Source: Camelus dromedarius
Lineage: Eukaryota
Assembly: GCF_036321535.1 (NCBI RefSeq)
Contig: NC_087436.1
Location: 5,828,001 to 5,892,000 of the forward strand
Length of the DNA stretch: 64,000 bases
Direction: 5' to 3'
Shown piece by piece: positions 39,154 to 51,228 of this stretch (its first letter is position 1; the number at the start of each line of letters is the position of its first letter). Both the position numbers and the translations under genes were made by a program. The notes beneath the pieces were generated by a model that had not been told where the DNA came from, ran no database searches, and saw only the letters and a list, made by a program, of their open reading frames with translations.

Positions 39154-39222
39154 AAGAAAAGGAAGGGAAGGGAAGGGAAGAGAAGAGAAGAGAAGAAAAG
39201 AAAAGAGAAAAAGAAAAGAAAA
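39154..39222. repeat. polypurine (GGGAA/GAGAA/GAAAA)n tract
   Basis: read directly. Confidence 0.9.
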
Positions 39223-39860
39223 TATTTCTTCTTTCTAATGTCTCTATAAATGCTAAGTCTACATTCTCTATTATCTGCTTTTCGACGTTGGTTTGATTAG
39301 ACTCTTTTTCTCCTCTCTGGCTATTAATTGCTTTATTTTGACCTGTCACTCTTTTGAATGACTTCTCCACATGTGGTGATCTTAGGGCTTTTTAAAGACT
39401 CTTTGGTGAACAGCTTCTCCATCTTTGAAGCCTGAAAAAAGAAAAGGTAAGGTAAGTAGCAACTTGCAAATTTACTGTTATTAAGAACATTTCTTAAATC
39501 TCTTATTATGATTACCTACTTTAGAGAGTTGGAAAGAAAAGCTTGAATCCTTTTAAGGCATTTAATGCAAACCTTCCTTTGCAGATAACGATTTTCATGC
39601 CCGATCTACTGCACCTGACCCCTACCACCCCTTCCCTGACCCATCCAGGGGGAGGAAGTGGGAAATAGATCCCAATGGCACACTTAAATAGTGGCTCTAA
39701 CTCAAATTGTACCACAAACAAAAGTTAAACCTGTTTTGGAGTTCATCCTATCCATCTGAAAGGATGATTTGGTTCATAAAATGTTTTCCTAAATAAGAAA
39801 GGCTTTGATCCAGTAGAAGTTGGAGCGCTCCAAGTCATGTGTGGGTATTCTGTGGACAGA

Positions 39861-39940
39861 AGCCAATGAGATTCACCCTGAGCCTCCTTCCCGTCCCGGT
39901 TTCTTATATAATCGCTCGCAGGGTGATGACTGCACTGAGC
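39861..39940 (+). promoter_or_regulatory. putative RNA Pol II core promoter (CCAAT box + TATA box + initiator)
   Basis: AGCCAATGAG 39861-70, TATATAA 39905-11, CA at 39933-34 (29 nt after the TATA start), locally raised CpG, outside recognisable repeats. Confidence 0.65.
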
Positions 39941-40175
39941 ACAGGAGCTGGGAGAGACAGCGTGGCTCCTGCAAGCAGTTGGGTGTTGTACGTTGATCTC
40001 GTTAGGGATTCACCTGGAAAGTAAATCCTCCTCCATCAGTTATCCTTGGCTGAGAGGTGAAGGGTACCACTCTGTCGAGCCACACTCCAGAAGGTGGGGG
40101 TGTCGGTAGCCCAGACACATCTAGACAGGAAGCAAGCTTGGATTCACGCAGCTTTCTGCCTGGGTGCCCTGAACA

Positions 40176-40320
40176 CCAGTGGCTCTTAAATTAAAGTCTG
40201 CATATGAATCACTTCCAATTTGGTTGAGATGTGGGGTCAGCACGTCTAGATCTGCGGTCTAACAAGCTTCCAGGTGATGCCAACACTGCCAGCTGGCTGA
40301 CGTAATGTAAGGAACAAGTT
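40176..40320. mobile_element. MER5-type hAT DNA transposon fragment
   Basis: ccagtggctcttaaa...gcatatgaatcac...taacaagcttccaggtgatgcc. Confidence 0.6.
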
Positions 40321-40759
40321 CTCAAAGGAGTCAAAGTATCTTCTTTTTATTTTTTCAGTAAATGGGCTCCTTTTTCTTAAGTGATGATGTGAGGTTTAAG
40401 GTCGAGCATTTGCCTTAAATGTGCAGGTGAGCTAATGAGAACGCCATCAGGATGTCAGTTAATTTGCTGGCGATTCTTCAACACTGATGACTCACTGAAT
40501 TCCCCATTGTGTGGGTTATAGTATGGAGACTGTGTAACTAAACCGGGCATTTTGAAAACAAAAGGAGGCATTTTAATAATGATTTTGGAACTACAGGCAA
40601 GCCAGAATACACAGATACGTTCACCCTACTAAGACTGACAAATGCTAAAGAACTCTGGGTAATTTATTTTGGTTTTACCGTTCATAAAGTTCAGTTTTAA
40701 AAATAATCCAGGTGTCTATTTTATACACAGTAATATGTATCTATTAATCCCAAACTAAT

Positions 40760-40905
40760 GTAGAGCACAGGAAACTATATTCAATTCCTTGTAATGAGCT
40801 GAATTGGAGAAGAATAAAAAAAAAACAATATATGTATGTATATACATAACTGAATCGCTTTGCTGTCCACCTGAAACTAACATTGTAAACTCAATAAAAA
40901 ATAAG
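40760..40905 (+). mobile_element. short L1 3' end
   Basis: tagagcacaggaaactatattcaat...cacctgaaactaacattgtaaa. Confidence 0.85.
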
Positions 40906-42689
40906 ATTTTTATTTTTTAAAAAATGACCCACGCAACTGCTCTTTCCCCGTATTTTTTGCTTATGATCGTTGTTGCTTTCTTTTCTCAGATATTTTTTTA
41001 AAAATTTAACCTCAGATATAAAGGACTTTTTAATAATACTCCCTTTGTAAGCCCATCTTTCTGAAAGCATAAAATTATGACTTGACAAAGGTTTCATTGG
41101 GATCATTAGCCTGAGATTATTTCAGTTTTTCTAATAGTTGACTGAAAAGGTAATTTTCCTGAAGATTTGGGTTGAGGTCATCCAAATTCACTAAGACAAA
41201 TATGAATATTATTCTCCACGTTGAAACTAAAATATGATGTCTTGATGGACCCCTGGCAGGTGCTGTTTGACCTCAATCCCGTTGACTGTCTGTGATGATA
41301 ATAAATGGCTGGTGTCTTTTTAAATGCAGGTAGATGGGGTCCTGGTTATGTGATTAGCATAACTGATAAACTGTTTAATGTTTTTATGGCCCGTCCTTGT
41401 TTGTTTTACCCAGGAAGTTCACCACATGTAGGGGATCTCTCTTAATCCCACAATAAATACTGATTTACAGTCTGCCAATTTTAAGAGCTTGGCCTTATAG
41501 ATGAACTTGGCCGTGGTCTGCCTTGGGCACTGTGGATCTTACACTGAAGTTCACGGTTCTTAAACAAGATTTGTTTAAAAATCATCTTCATTTTATCTCA
41601 ACCGATTTATTTTAAATCCTCTGAGTTTTATGTGTGCGGAATTGCAGTGCATCAGTGCTAATATCACACTGTAGTGCTGTGCATTTTAAATCCTTTAAAT
41701 CTTAAGAGGAACAGTGGAAGCCAGACTCAGTTACCTGCAGGTGGGTTGTCAGTGGAACGGCAAGGAAGGCTGGTTTTTCCAGGATGATTAACTAGCTTGA
41801 AGCTGGCATGTGTAATTTGTCAGCTGGAGATAACCTTCCATTAAATCCCTTTAAAAATACAGATTTAAAATAGAAATTTAAGATGTTTTGCTACGTAAAT
41901 TGGTAGTTCAATCTGTTTGTTGTCTTAGAGCTAAATACTTCTGTTAAATTCACAATGAGTATTTTAAATAAAGCTTCCTAGGATACAGCTGCCCCGAACA
42001 AAATATTCCTTCTCATCTTTATCCTGTTTCTTATTATAAGCAACTGAGTAATTAAGCTTTTTTTTTATCATGCCCTCAAATTATCTATTCTTTTCCCATA
42101 AATTACCAAAAAATTTTTTAAAAAACCCACCAAAACAAACAAACAAACAAACAAACCCAAAGCCCTGAAGTGATATTTTGGTAAGAATGAAGATTTTTGT
42201 CCTTTACAATGCAAAACTATTATATATGTAGATATACTTAAATCATATACATAGTGTGTCTTTTAAATAACATAAAATAAGTGGATGAAAATTGATGATC
42301 TAAACTCCTATTGGTTAACTGACCAAAAAAACCCAATCTTTATTTAAATTTATTTAAAATATATATTATCAAGTATCTTCCTTTTTTTATAAGTGAATCA
42401 CTTTTATATGTCCTGACAGATATTTACATTCTAAGTTATTGCCCTATGTTTATCTATATATTAATAAATTCTCATTCTTAAATTATTTTTCACCTTGACT
42501 TATATTCCAGAAATAAAAATAGATTCTTTGTCAAATCAATATTTAGCTTTACCTACTAAGTATGTTGTTCTTTAGTTTATCTAGAAAAAAAAATAGTGTG
42601 CCCAAATCCAAAATTAATTTATTGTTTTTATATGATTCTAGATTGTTAAAGATTTAAAAAAGATTTTCTTTCCTTAAGTTCATTTGTTC

Positions 42690-43430
42690 ATTATGTTTTT
42701 AGTTTTTAAAGTTTTGTTTAGAAATAAAATCAGACAGTAAATTTGCAAAAAATATAATAAAAAGCCCTTGCCACCCAGCCTCCTCAAATATTAACGTTCT
42801 GCGATTGTAATTCAGTTATTAAAAACCAGGCAATTAACAATGATACAACTCTATGAACTACTTTTACAGACTTTATTCAAAATTCATCAGTTGTCCTTCT
42901 AATGTTTTTTTTTCTGGATCAGAAAATACTCCAGGATAACACTGCATTTAGTTATGTGTCCTTCGAACTTAGGATAGTTTCTTAACACTTGTCTTTCAGG
43001 ACTATTCTAGCTTTGTAAGTTCTGAACAGGTATTTTGCAGAATCCTCATCAATTTGGTTTTGTCTGATGCTTCCTCGTGACTAAATTCAACTTATGTACT
43101 TTTAACAGGAATACAATAAACTGATGACCCACATTTCTCAGGGTATCATATCAATATGATGTTGATTTGGTCCATTTTGGGTGTTGATTGTTATTGCTTT
43201 GTATAAGGGGTGTGGTCTTGGTTCCTCCACTATAAATTTACATTAGCCCCTTTGCAATTAGAAAGAATGTACTGGGGAAATATTTGAAACCATTTAAATA
43301 AATTTTAAAAAGCCTGTTTTTCATCCTGGTTAACCCACAAAGTTCAGCATCCATTGATAATTCTTGCCTGAAAGTTATTAATTGTGGCTTTTGCCAAATG
43401 GTGATGTTTATTTAATCATTCATTCAAAGT
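42690..43430 (-). mobile_element. old L1 3' end (L1MB/MC-like)
   Basis: aaattaacaatgatacaa-like stretch, cagactttattcaaa...actgcatttagtt...aatttggttttgtctgatg. Confidence 0.7.
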
Positions 43431-43499
43431 TATTTGCACACTGTGTTTGCAAAGTAATCTCTTAGGATTTTTAAAAAATATTTGCTCTTTAAATGGTTA

Positions 43500-46400
43500 T
43501 GTCCCTTTGACTTTTTTCCATTTTTTGTGTTTGTATTTTTCTCATTTTCTTTCTTAAGCAAATTATGCAGTGATTTCTTTCATTGGTTACTTAAACAAAA
43601 CAAAACAAAACAAAACAAATCAAACCCCCAAACAGGATTTCAATGTTAAATAGGCCTATTATTTTTCTATTCTCTATTTCATTAGTTTTTAAGAAAATTT
43701 TAGTGATTTCTTCCCCTTCTCTTTCTTTTGATTTACTTCTTCCTTTTCTTATTTTTGAGCTCACAATTATATTCGATTCATTAAAAAATAAAATTTTAAT
43801 CAAGATTTTTATAAAATACTTGTACAATTTATTTTATACTTTCTTTACTTCTTATATTTTTATACTTTATTATTACTTTTAAATTTTGTTCATTTAACGC
43901 CTTAACTTTTACTAAAAAAGAGTTTAGTGGGTTTTTCCGATCTTTGCCTTAACAGATATCATAAATACAAGTAATATAGTTTACTTTCCTTTTTACTTTA
44001 ATTTTTTAATATTAGGATTTTACCTTTCCTTTTTGCTTTTGATTTAGTTGGTGGTTTCCATTTTGGTTAATAATTTTTATTCTATTTTGATGAGAGATTG
44101 TTGTTTAATAAGCCTACTTTACAGAATCTAGTGATTTTCTGTGTGTGTGTAACTTAATACATGATGAATTTTGTGAATGTCACATGAGTGCTTAAGAAGG
44201 TATCTTTTCAGTTATCAGGGTGTCAAGTTTAACAGCCATCCATAAAATCCACTGCAGGGAGTATGTTGCTTAGGTCTTCTATGTGCTTATTTATTTTTGT
44301 CCACTCGACTTGTCTTATTTTGAGAGAAGTGTATGAAAATCGCCTTTTACGGATGTGTTTTGATATGGCTCTTTGCAACTCTTGTTGTGTTTGTGTCATA
44401 TCTGCACTGCGAATGGTGACTTTTCACATTAAACAAGGCTTTTCTTTGTCATGTTTAATGTATTTTGGGCTTATTTCTAGTGAGGGTCACTGGACCTCTT
44501 TCTTACGTCTCCAGTTGCCCATGTGCCTTTGTGCTTCTCTTTCATGTCAGCTTTCAGAGTCCATGTGTTTTACGTATGTTTTTTGTGCACAGAGTAATTT
44601 TGGATGTTTTCTTTCAGTAGGTGAGTTAATATGTTCTCAGCTCTGTCAAGATGTTTTATGTGTGTTATATTTACTATGCTTCTTTTTCTATGAGATGTGT
44701 ATTTTGTTCTTAACTTGCCTAATTTTTGATAATTAAGAAGGTTTGGTTGTATTTACACGATGTTTTACTAGTAGTTTTTTTTTACTCTAGTACTTTTACT
44801 GTAGTATGTTTTTAACTTTTAAAGCTTTTGGTCCTCAGTTTTGTTATTCAATATTCTACTAGTTTGTCAGGTTTTTTTTTTAACATTTTTTATTGATTTA
44901 TAATCATTTTACAATGTTGTGTCAAATTCCAGTGTTCAGCACAATTTTTCAGTCATATATGGACATATACACACTCATTGTCACATTTTTTTCTCTGTGA
45001 GCTACCATAACGTTTTGTGTATATTTTCCTGTGCTATACAGTATAATCTTGTTTACCTATTCTACAATTTTGAAATCCTGGTATGTCAGTTTTTAGTATT
45101 ATCTTTTATCCACATGAATTGCCTGTATGACAATCAATGAGTTTCTTCTATTCTCTTCTTATCTCCTCCCCTTTTCCGGTTTTAATTGCAATATTTCTAT
45201 AACATTGCCACTATTGTCTATGATAGTCACATAAAAGTATTCTACCCTTTTTCCTGTCTTTTTCTAGTCATGTAATTACACGTATGCACACACATACACA
45301 CAAATGTCTAGAGGCACTGAAGATGTATTCTTCATTGTTGAAGTCAAGTCATTTTTCCACAATTATGTGTCAGAGTTGATAGTTTGGGGTTAATTTACTT
45401 ATGCACTCAGTTATATTCAGTTCTTTTATTACTACAATAGTTATATTCAGGTCTTCTATTACTATAAAATTTTCTTAGGTTCTATTTTTAAAATGCTAAT
45501 ATGTTTTGTTCTCCTTCATGGACTGCTGTTGTATAAATACTCCTTTGCTTGTCTTATATTTCCACCACTTTTTCTGACCTATTTAGTTCTTCCCTTATCT
45601 CAATTACATTCTCTTGGATATTTTCTTGACTTTCTTCAGTGACCTTACTAAATTTTCACTTGAATCAAATATCCTTTGGTCACTGTATATTTTAGTAATT
45701 ATTTCTGAGATAATTTTGTCTTTTATTCCACTGTGTTCTTATTTATACCTTAGTTTTTACTCATCTCTCTTTTTAATTTTTGCATTTGCACCTCAGGTAT
45801 TTGTTTGTTTTGTTTTTTGGTTTTTAATCTTCAGATGTTTGCTGGCTTGTACCTAATTCAGTTTTGAGTGTCCTGTATTTTTTTTAGTTGCTGTTGTTTG
45901 GTTTTTTGTTTAATGTGCTTCTTGGTTGATTTTTGGTGGGCAAGGAATGGAGGATTTCTTAATTGAAGAGCGTTGAATCTCATTTAAAAAAATTGTTATA
46001 TCTTTGCAGAGATTTAAGTTCTTTTCTTTTTATGCTTTTAAATTTGAGATGATTTCCAAGACTCTTGGTCCAGTGAAAGTGTGGCAAAGTCAGCTTCTTT
46101 GGTTTGATACTTCTGTGGGTAGTGATGGTTCTTGTGTTAGCTGATTTTTTTATTCTCTTTTCGCTTGTTGAATCCTCAGTCGTATTTTTGGGTCGTACTT
46201 TTCACCACCTGTTGGTCAATGAATGCCTCTCACTTCTTTTTTTCCCTCCAAGAAGCTCTGTTGTTCAAAGACCAGTGTTTCAAATCACATGTATCTTTCA
46301 GTTTCTGCTTTGTTCTCTCTGCTGTGCTCTGTTGGGACATCCTTTTGCATTTTCACACTTAAGGTGAATTTCCTCTTTCTATCTATGGTGCGGTAGCAAC

Positions 46401-46730
46401 TTTTGGCCTGTTGTTGGCTTCCTTCTCCTTCCTGCAATTTTTCTTACCCTGCCCTTGTTTGATGTAAAAGACTGGGGCAAGATAGGTATGCAAGAGTTTG
46501 CTTGATGAGATTTGGTGTGCTGTTTCCTTTTTCCTTTCTAAATCATAGGTTTTTGAAGTTTGTGCATTCTTTATTTTCACACTTTGCTGAGGACTTGCTT
46601 TTGTGTGTGTGTGTGAGTGAATGTTTAATTTTTCTTTTTTATTATTGTTGTTCTGTTTTGTTTATGGAGAGGGTATTGGGAGATGTGGAATGAGGCAACT
46701 GGCATTGTCTTCAGCTACCTGGAAGTCCAA
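43500..46730 (-). mobile_element. old degraded L1M (ORF2 to 5' region)
   Basis: long T-rich antisense L1-like sequence (ttttgtgaatgtcacatgagtgcttaagaag); boundaries approximate. Confidence 0.6.
44872..45078 (-). mobile_element. young L1 3' end
   Basis: poly(T), then the reverse complement of the 27600-27806 sequence; imperfect TSD tagtttgtcag/tggtatgtcag. Confidence 0.9.
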
Positions 46731-46944
46731 TATACCTTGATGTCTAATTTCAATGTGTCCTACTGAAAAGTACTGAAATCTAATTGATTATTTCCATCTA
46801 GTGTTTTGAATGGCTATTTTTCCCTTAATAAATAACTATGTTACAAATACTAACAAACTAAATTTCTATTTGTGATTTATCATCCTGAGAAGTCTCTGCG
46901 GTTAAAGTTTGAGGTCATATTTAGTGCAGAATGATTTCAGGACA

Positions 46945-47135
46945 TGTTTAGCTCTGGAGTCAGCTGACTGAATTCCTATCAGCTACTTAGAACTGTGTTG
47001 CCTTAGGCTAGTTCTTCACTTTTTATCATTTTCATTTGCTCCATAAAATGAGAATAGTAATGTTCCCAGCTTCATGGGATTGTTAATGAGGAATAAAGGA
47101 GATAATGCAAACAAAGCAATTAAAACAGGCTGTCA
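46945..47135 (+). mobile_element. MIR SINE
   Basis: gctctggagtcagctgactgaattcc...ctgtgttgccttaggc...taaaatgagaatagtaat...gagataatgca. Confidence 0.75.
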
Positions 47136-49609
47136 CATAAAATCGTTTTTTGCCAAAGTTAACCCTTCTTACTGATACTGGAAGCACACTGGGAAATAGG
47201 TCTTCATTTTTACATCACTAAAGTTTTTCTCACTAAGATGCCAGTTATTTCAACATTTAAAAATACTGGTGATTATTATGATTTTATTCCTTGCAGGCTT
47301 AGAACCTAATCTTACTCTTACTCTGATTAGCCGGTGCTGTTATATAACTAACATAAATTTTTATTAATTCAAGGCTTCAAGGCTCATAAACTTAAAAATC
47401 ACTACTATTTGTGGGGGGTGATGAGCAGCATTGATTTAAAATGTAGAAGCACCCAGAACTCCTGCTGGTTGTGCTAGTTGCAAACGATCCTCTGTTCTTT
47501 CAAAAAAGCCAACGCCTTTAGAATATCTTGTTAAGAAATGGTTCTACTCAATGAATTGAATAACAAAATGCATTCAAAATATATTTCTTTATGAAAATTT
47601 AGGCTGGAAGATAGAACAGTAAGACATATCTGTAAAGATTCTCAAGGAACTTCCCTTAATTGTTTATTATCAACCTGAGTTATATCTTAAGGGATAAAGG
47701 TTTAAAAATGTTTGTGCATTTCCAGAAGAGTATAGATAAAAGATACCAAAAAATATATCTTGTCACAATGAGATTTTAAAAGTAATAATTTGAATTATTC
47801 AAGTGGAATTTCTTGCCTCTAGTGTCTGTTTCTCCTTTCAACAGAATTCCTTTTATTTTGCATGTTTTATAGTGTAAAGAACACATGGGAGATGTGGAGA
47901 AGATGATTTCATTCACTTGAACCTGTATATATCTACGTAGTAAGCACTGTTAGTTACAAGCAGTGTGCAAAGAATGCTGTCACGTGTGAAGGGACAACAC
48001 AGCAATGACTGTGATTATTCAGAGCTTATCGCAGCAAAAACGTTTGGGGCTGGAGAACATTATTATTGACATTATTTAGAATTGCCGACGCTTGGCGATA
48101 ATAAAAAGTAGACTGATTTGAGTTGACATTATTACGCTTTTGCTTCTCTGTAGACAATTTCTTGGCAACTTCTAGACAATTTCCCTCCCTCTGGTTGGGA
48201 ATTTTTTTCCCGCATTCTAGGTGGGCCAGCTTCCATCACTTTGCCGTTGTCATGTCCCTGCTGAGGTGATCCAAAAACTTCACCTGTTAGTTACTGGGGA
48301 TGCAGGTTCCTTAGAAGGCAGAAGGGGACATGTGTACTCAGTTTCCAAGACAGGGAGGGATGGAATTGTAGGGGACCTGGAGTGTCCTACCTCTCACCCG
48401 TTAACTCTGCTTTAAAACCAAAACCAATTTCAGAGAACTTAATAGATGCACAGTTTAAGAAAATCCATGGATACATTTTTCCTGATTATCATACAGGTAA
48501 CATAAACATTCACGTTAGTTCATTTACTGTAAAATTGAAGTGGAGACTCAGAGCTCTGGGAACGAAGAATGCCGATTTCCTTATGACAGGTGTGGAAGAG
48601 GCAAACTGCATGGAGCCAATGGGAATGGTCATCAGGTTGGTAACGTAGCATGTAGAGAAGGTAATAGTTCCAAAGAATAAAACATCACAGCCTGAAGAAT
48701 TATATCATGTCTAATACCAGGATATAAAAGGATCTGGTTTGAATCAGTTAACATTTCATCCAAATTAACCATAATCATGCTGATTTCCTGTCCCTTCAGG
48801 ACTGCTCTTTATTTCAACATGACAATGTATTAATATAAGGTTCTAAAATATGACTAGTTATCTGAACTAATTATTGAGTTGGTATTCACTCTCTTATCTA
48901 ACTTAGCTTTATATATATATTTTTTTATTTCTGGTTTTACCATTAGGATCCTCTATCCCCTTTACCTCCACTGTTTTTTGTATTGCTTTCTCATGCATTT
49001 ATTTTCAGCATTCTACAAATGGCATAACACCATGCAAATGAAAGGAATTGTTATTCCATAACTTAACTTTATATTTACTTAAGAACATTTACTGCTTAGC
49101 AAAATGGTGCAAAAAAGAAATGCAAACCAAAAACAACACAAAATGAAAGCTCCACTTGGTTATTCCAACCTTGGTTATTTTAGCTTGTGCATGAGAGTCA
49201 ATTGCAATTGATTTAGGCCTTACCACCCACATATCATTATTTCATGGTAAACAGTATCTTTTTCCCCAGAAATATCTGGGATTTTGATTATAAAGTTCAC
49301 ATTTATTTGGATGGCATCAGGAAAACAAGCCTCTCATAAATCCTTTACTTCAGAAATATTTCAGTGCCATTGCTAATAATTCCACAATTGCTCCTTGTTA
49401 CTGTGTATATTAATCTTTATTGTTATTCTATCAAATCCGTGGGGGTTAGATGCTTCCTGTGTCTATCCTGACAAACACTTTAATCCATAAAATTATTTGA
49501 TTACTATTTATGGAATAAAAATGATAAATCGGTCTGATTTGCACCGGAAGCTCTCCAGCCAACAGTAATCAACTGGGGTCACCAACGTTACTTTGGAGGA
49601 GCTAACATT

Positions 49610-49790
49610 ATAAATAATATTGATAGATAATAATTTAGTTCTTACCATGTGCCAGACACTACATGTCTTACACGATTGACTCATTTAATCTTTACCACAA
49701 TCTTAGGAACCGTGAACTCATGTCTATATCATTTGCATAAGGGAAAATTGAGACACAAAGAGGTGGAGTAGTTTGATTTGCTCTGAGTCT
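49610..49790 (-). mobile_element. MIR SINE
   Basis: cttaccatgtgccagacact...ctcatttaatc...gggaaaattgagacacaaagagg. Confidence 0.75.
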
Positions 49791-50257
49791 GTTCGCTGAT
49801 CCAGAGGAGATAGTTGAGAGACTCAGCAACACCTTTCATAGTCTCATTTTGTTAGAGGAAAAGCAAATGGAGGTCCAGATTCTACCAAGAGTGAAACCCT
49901 GGTATTCTTCCCAGTGTGCATATTGGAAACATCCCAGAGCTTCACTCTAGGAGAATGGGTAAACTAGAAATGCACCATCATTTGCCACAAAACCCCCCAA
50001 ATTTACATCACTGAGTGACCCAGTCAATCTCAAGGCCAATGCTGGACTGAGATGATGCCTGGTGTTGTCTCTTTAGGCATCTGGCAGGAACAAACATACA
50101 TCCTTTCAGGAGGAAGGTAGCATCACTCTAGGCCTCAGGTGTTTTTTTTTAAAGCAATGACTTTTTTTAATGTAAAGTCTAGAGCACAATCAAGGATAAT
50201 CTAGGGGTTTGGTGATATTTGATAACATGAAGGAGAAACAAAGTAGATAACAGTGAG

Positions 50258-50688
50258 TGAAATAGGAGGAAAGAGGACAGGGCACAACCACTGAATGACA
50301 CAGCAGCTGAGGACAGGACAGACTGGTTAAAACCAAGATGGCAGAAGATTTGACTTCCAGTAGACCTTGAGCCTCATGCACACCCACAGGGCCAAGACAG
50401 CTCCCTGGCTGACCATAAAAGGTCCACAAGTGGGCGGGACCTAATTCCTGGAAACCCCAGCCCATTCCCCAAAGTAGTTGGAATAATCCTCCTACTCATT
50501 AGCATATGAAATTACCCAGCCTATAAAACCTAACAACTCCACACCTCGTGGTCACTCTCTCTCTTGCCTTCTGGGCCAGCCCACACTCTGTCTATTTAGT
50601 GTGTATCTCTCTAAATAAACTTCTCTTTACTCTGCCTTGCTCTTGAATTCTTTTCTGTTCGAGGCAAGAACCTACTCTTCTACAACCA
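50258..50688 (+). mobile_element. ERV1 solo LTR, MER41-like (family B, copy 2)
   Basis: homologous to the reverse complement of 11735-12217; aagatggc (YY1) 50335-42, GAS ttcctggaa 50445-53, tataaaa at about 50522, aataaa at about 50614; TSD unclear. Confidence 0.85.
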
Positions 50689-51109
50689 GAGCAGAAACAG
50701 ATACATTCCCTCCAAATACCAGAATTACCATATACAGGATAAAAAAACTCACAGATGTAAAAAGTGTTCAACTCCTTTTCAGCAAGGAAACAAAAAGGAT
50801 AAGGAATTTTTAGAGTTGAAAAAGACCTGAATAGAAATAGTAGAACTGGAAAATAGAAAAATACAAATTATATATTATATAGGTGGTTTAAGACACAATT
50901 AAAAAGAAAATGAGTGAACTGGAATGCTGACCAGAAGGAAATATCCAGAGTAACGAAGGGAGACCAGATGAGTAAAACAACAAATAAACAATAAGTAAAA
51001 TACCTTGTGAAGTGACACGATAAAAAATATCTTAGAAAAATACTGCATAAAAAAGGAGAAGACTAAATGGAGATAAAGTATTCTAAGGTCATTGTACCAG
51101 TAACAGTAC

Positions 51110-51228
51110 CAGTTGTATATGTGTGTGTGTGTGTATACATGTGTATGTATACCTGAAACACTTTGCTGAACACCTGAAACTAACATTATAAATCAACTAC
51201 ACCTCAATAAAAAATAAAATTTAAAAAA
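51110..51228 (+). mobile_element. short L1 3' end
   Basis: ctttgctgaacacctgaaactaacattataaatcaactac followed by an A-rich tail. Confidence 0.8.

Noticed and set aside
40381..40499. Box C/D snoRNA (GTGATGA ... CTGA)
   Set aside because: No terminal stem, no recognisable rRNA/snRNA guide; these motifs are frequent by chance.
44263..44736. 157-aa ORF, the longest in the window
   Set aside because: Cys/Phe/Leu-rich translation of the T-rich antisense strand of a decayed L1.
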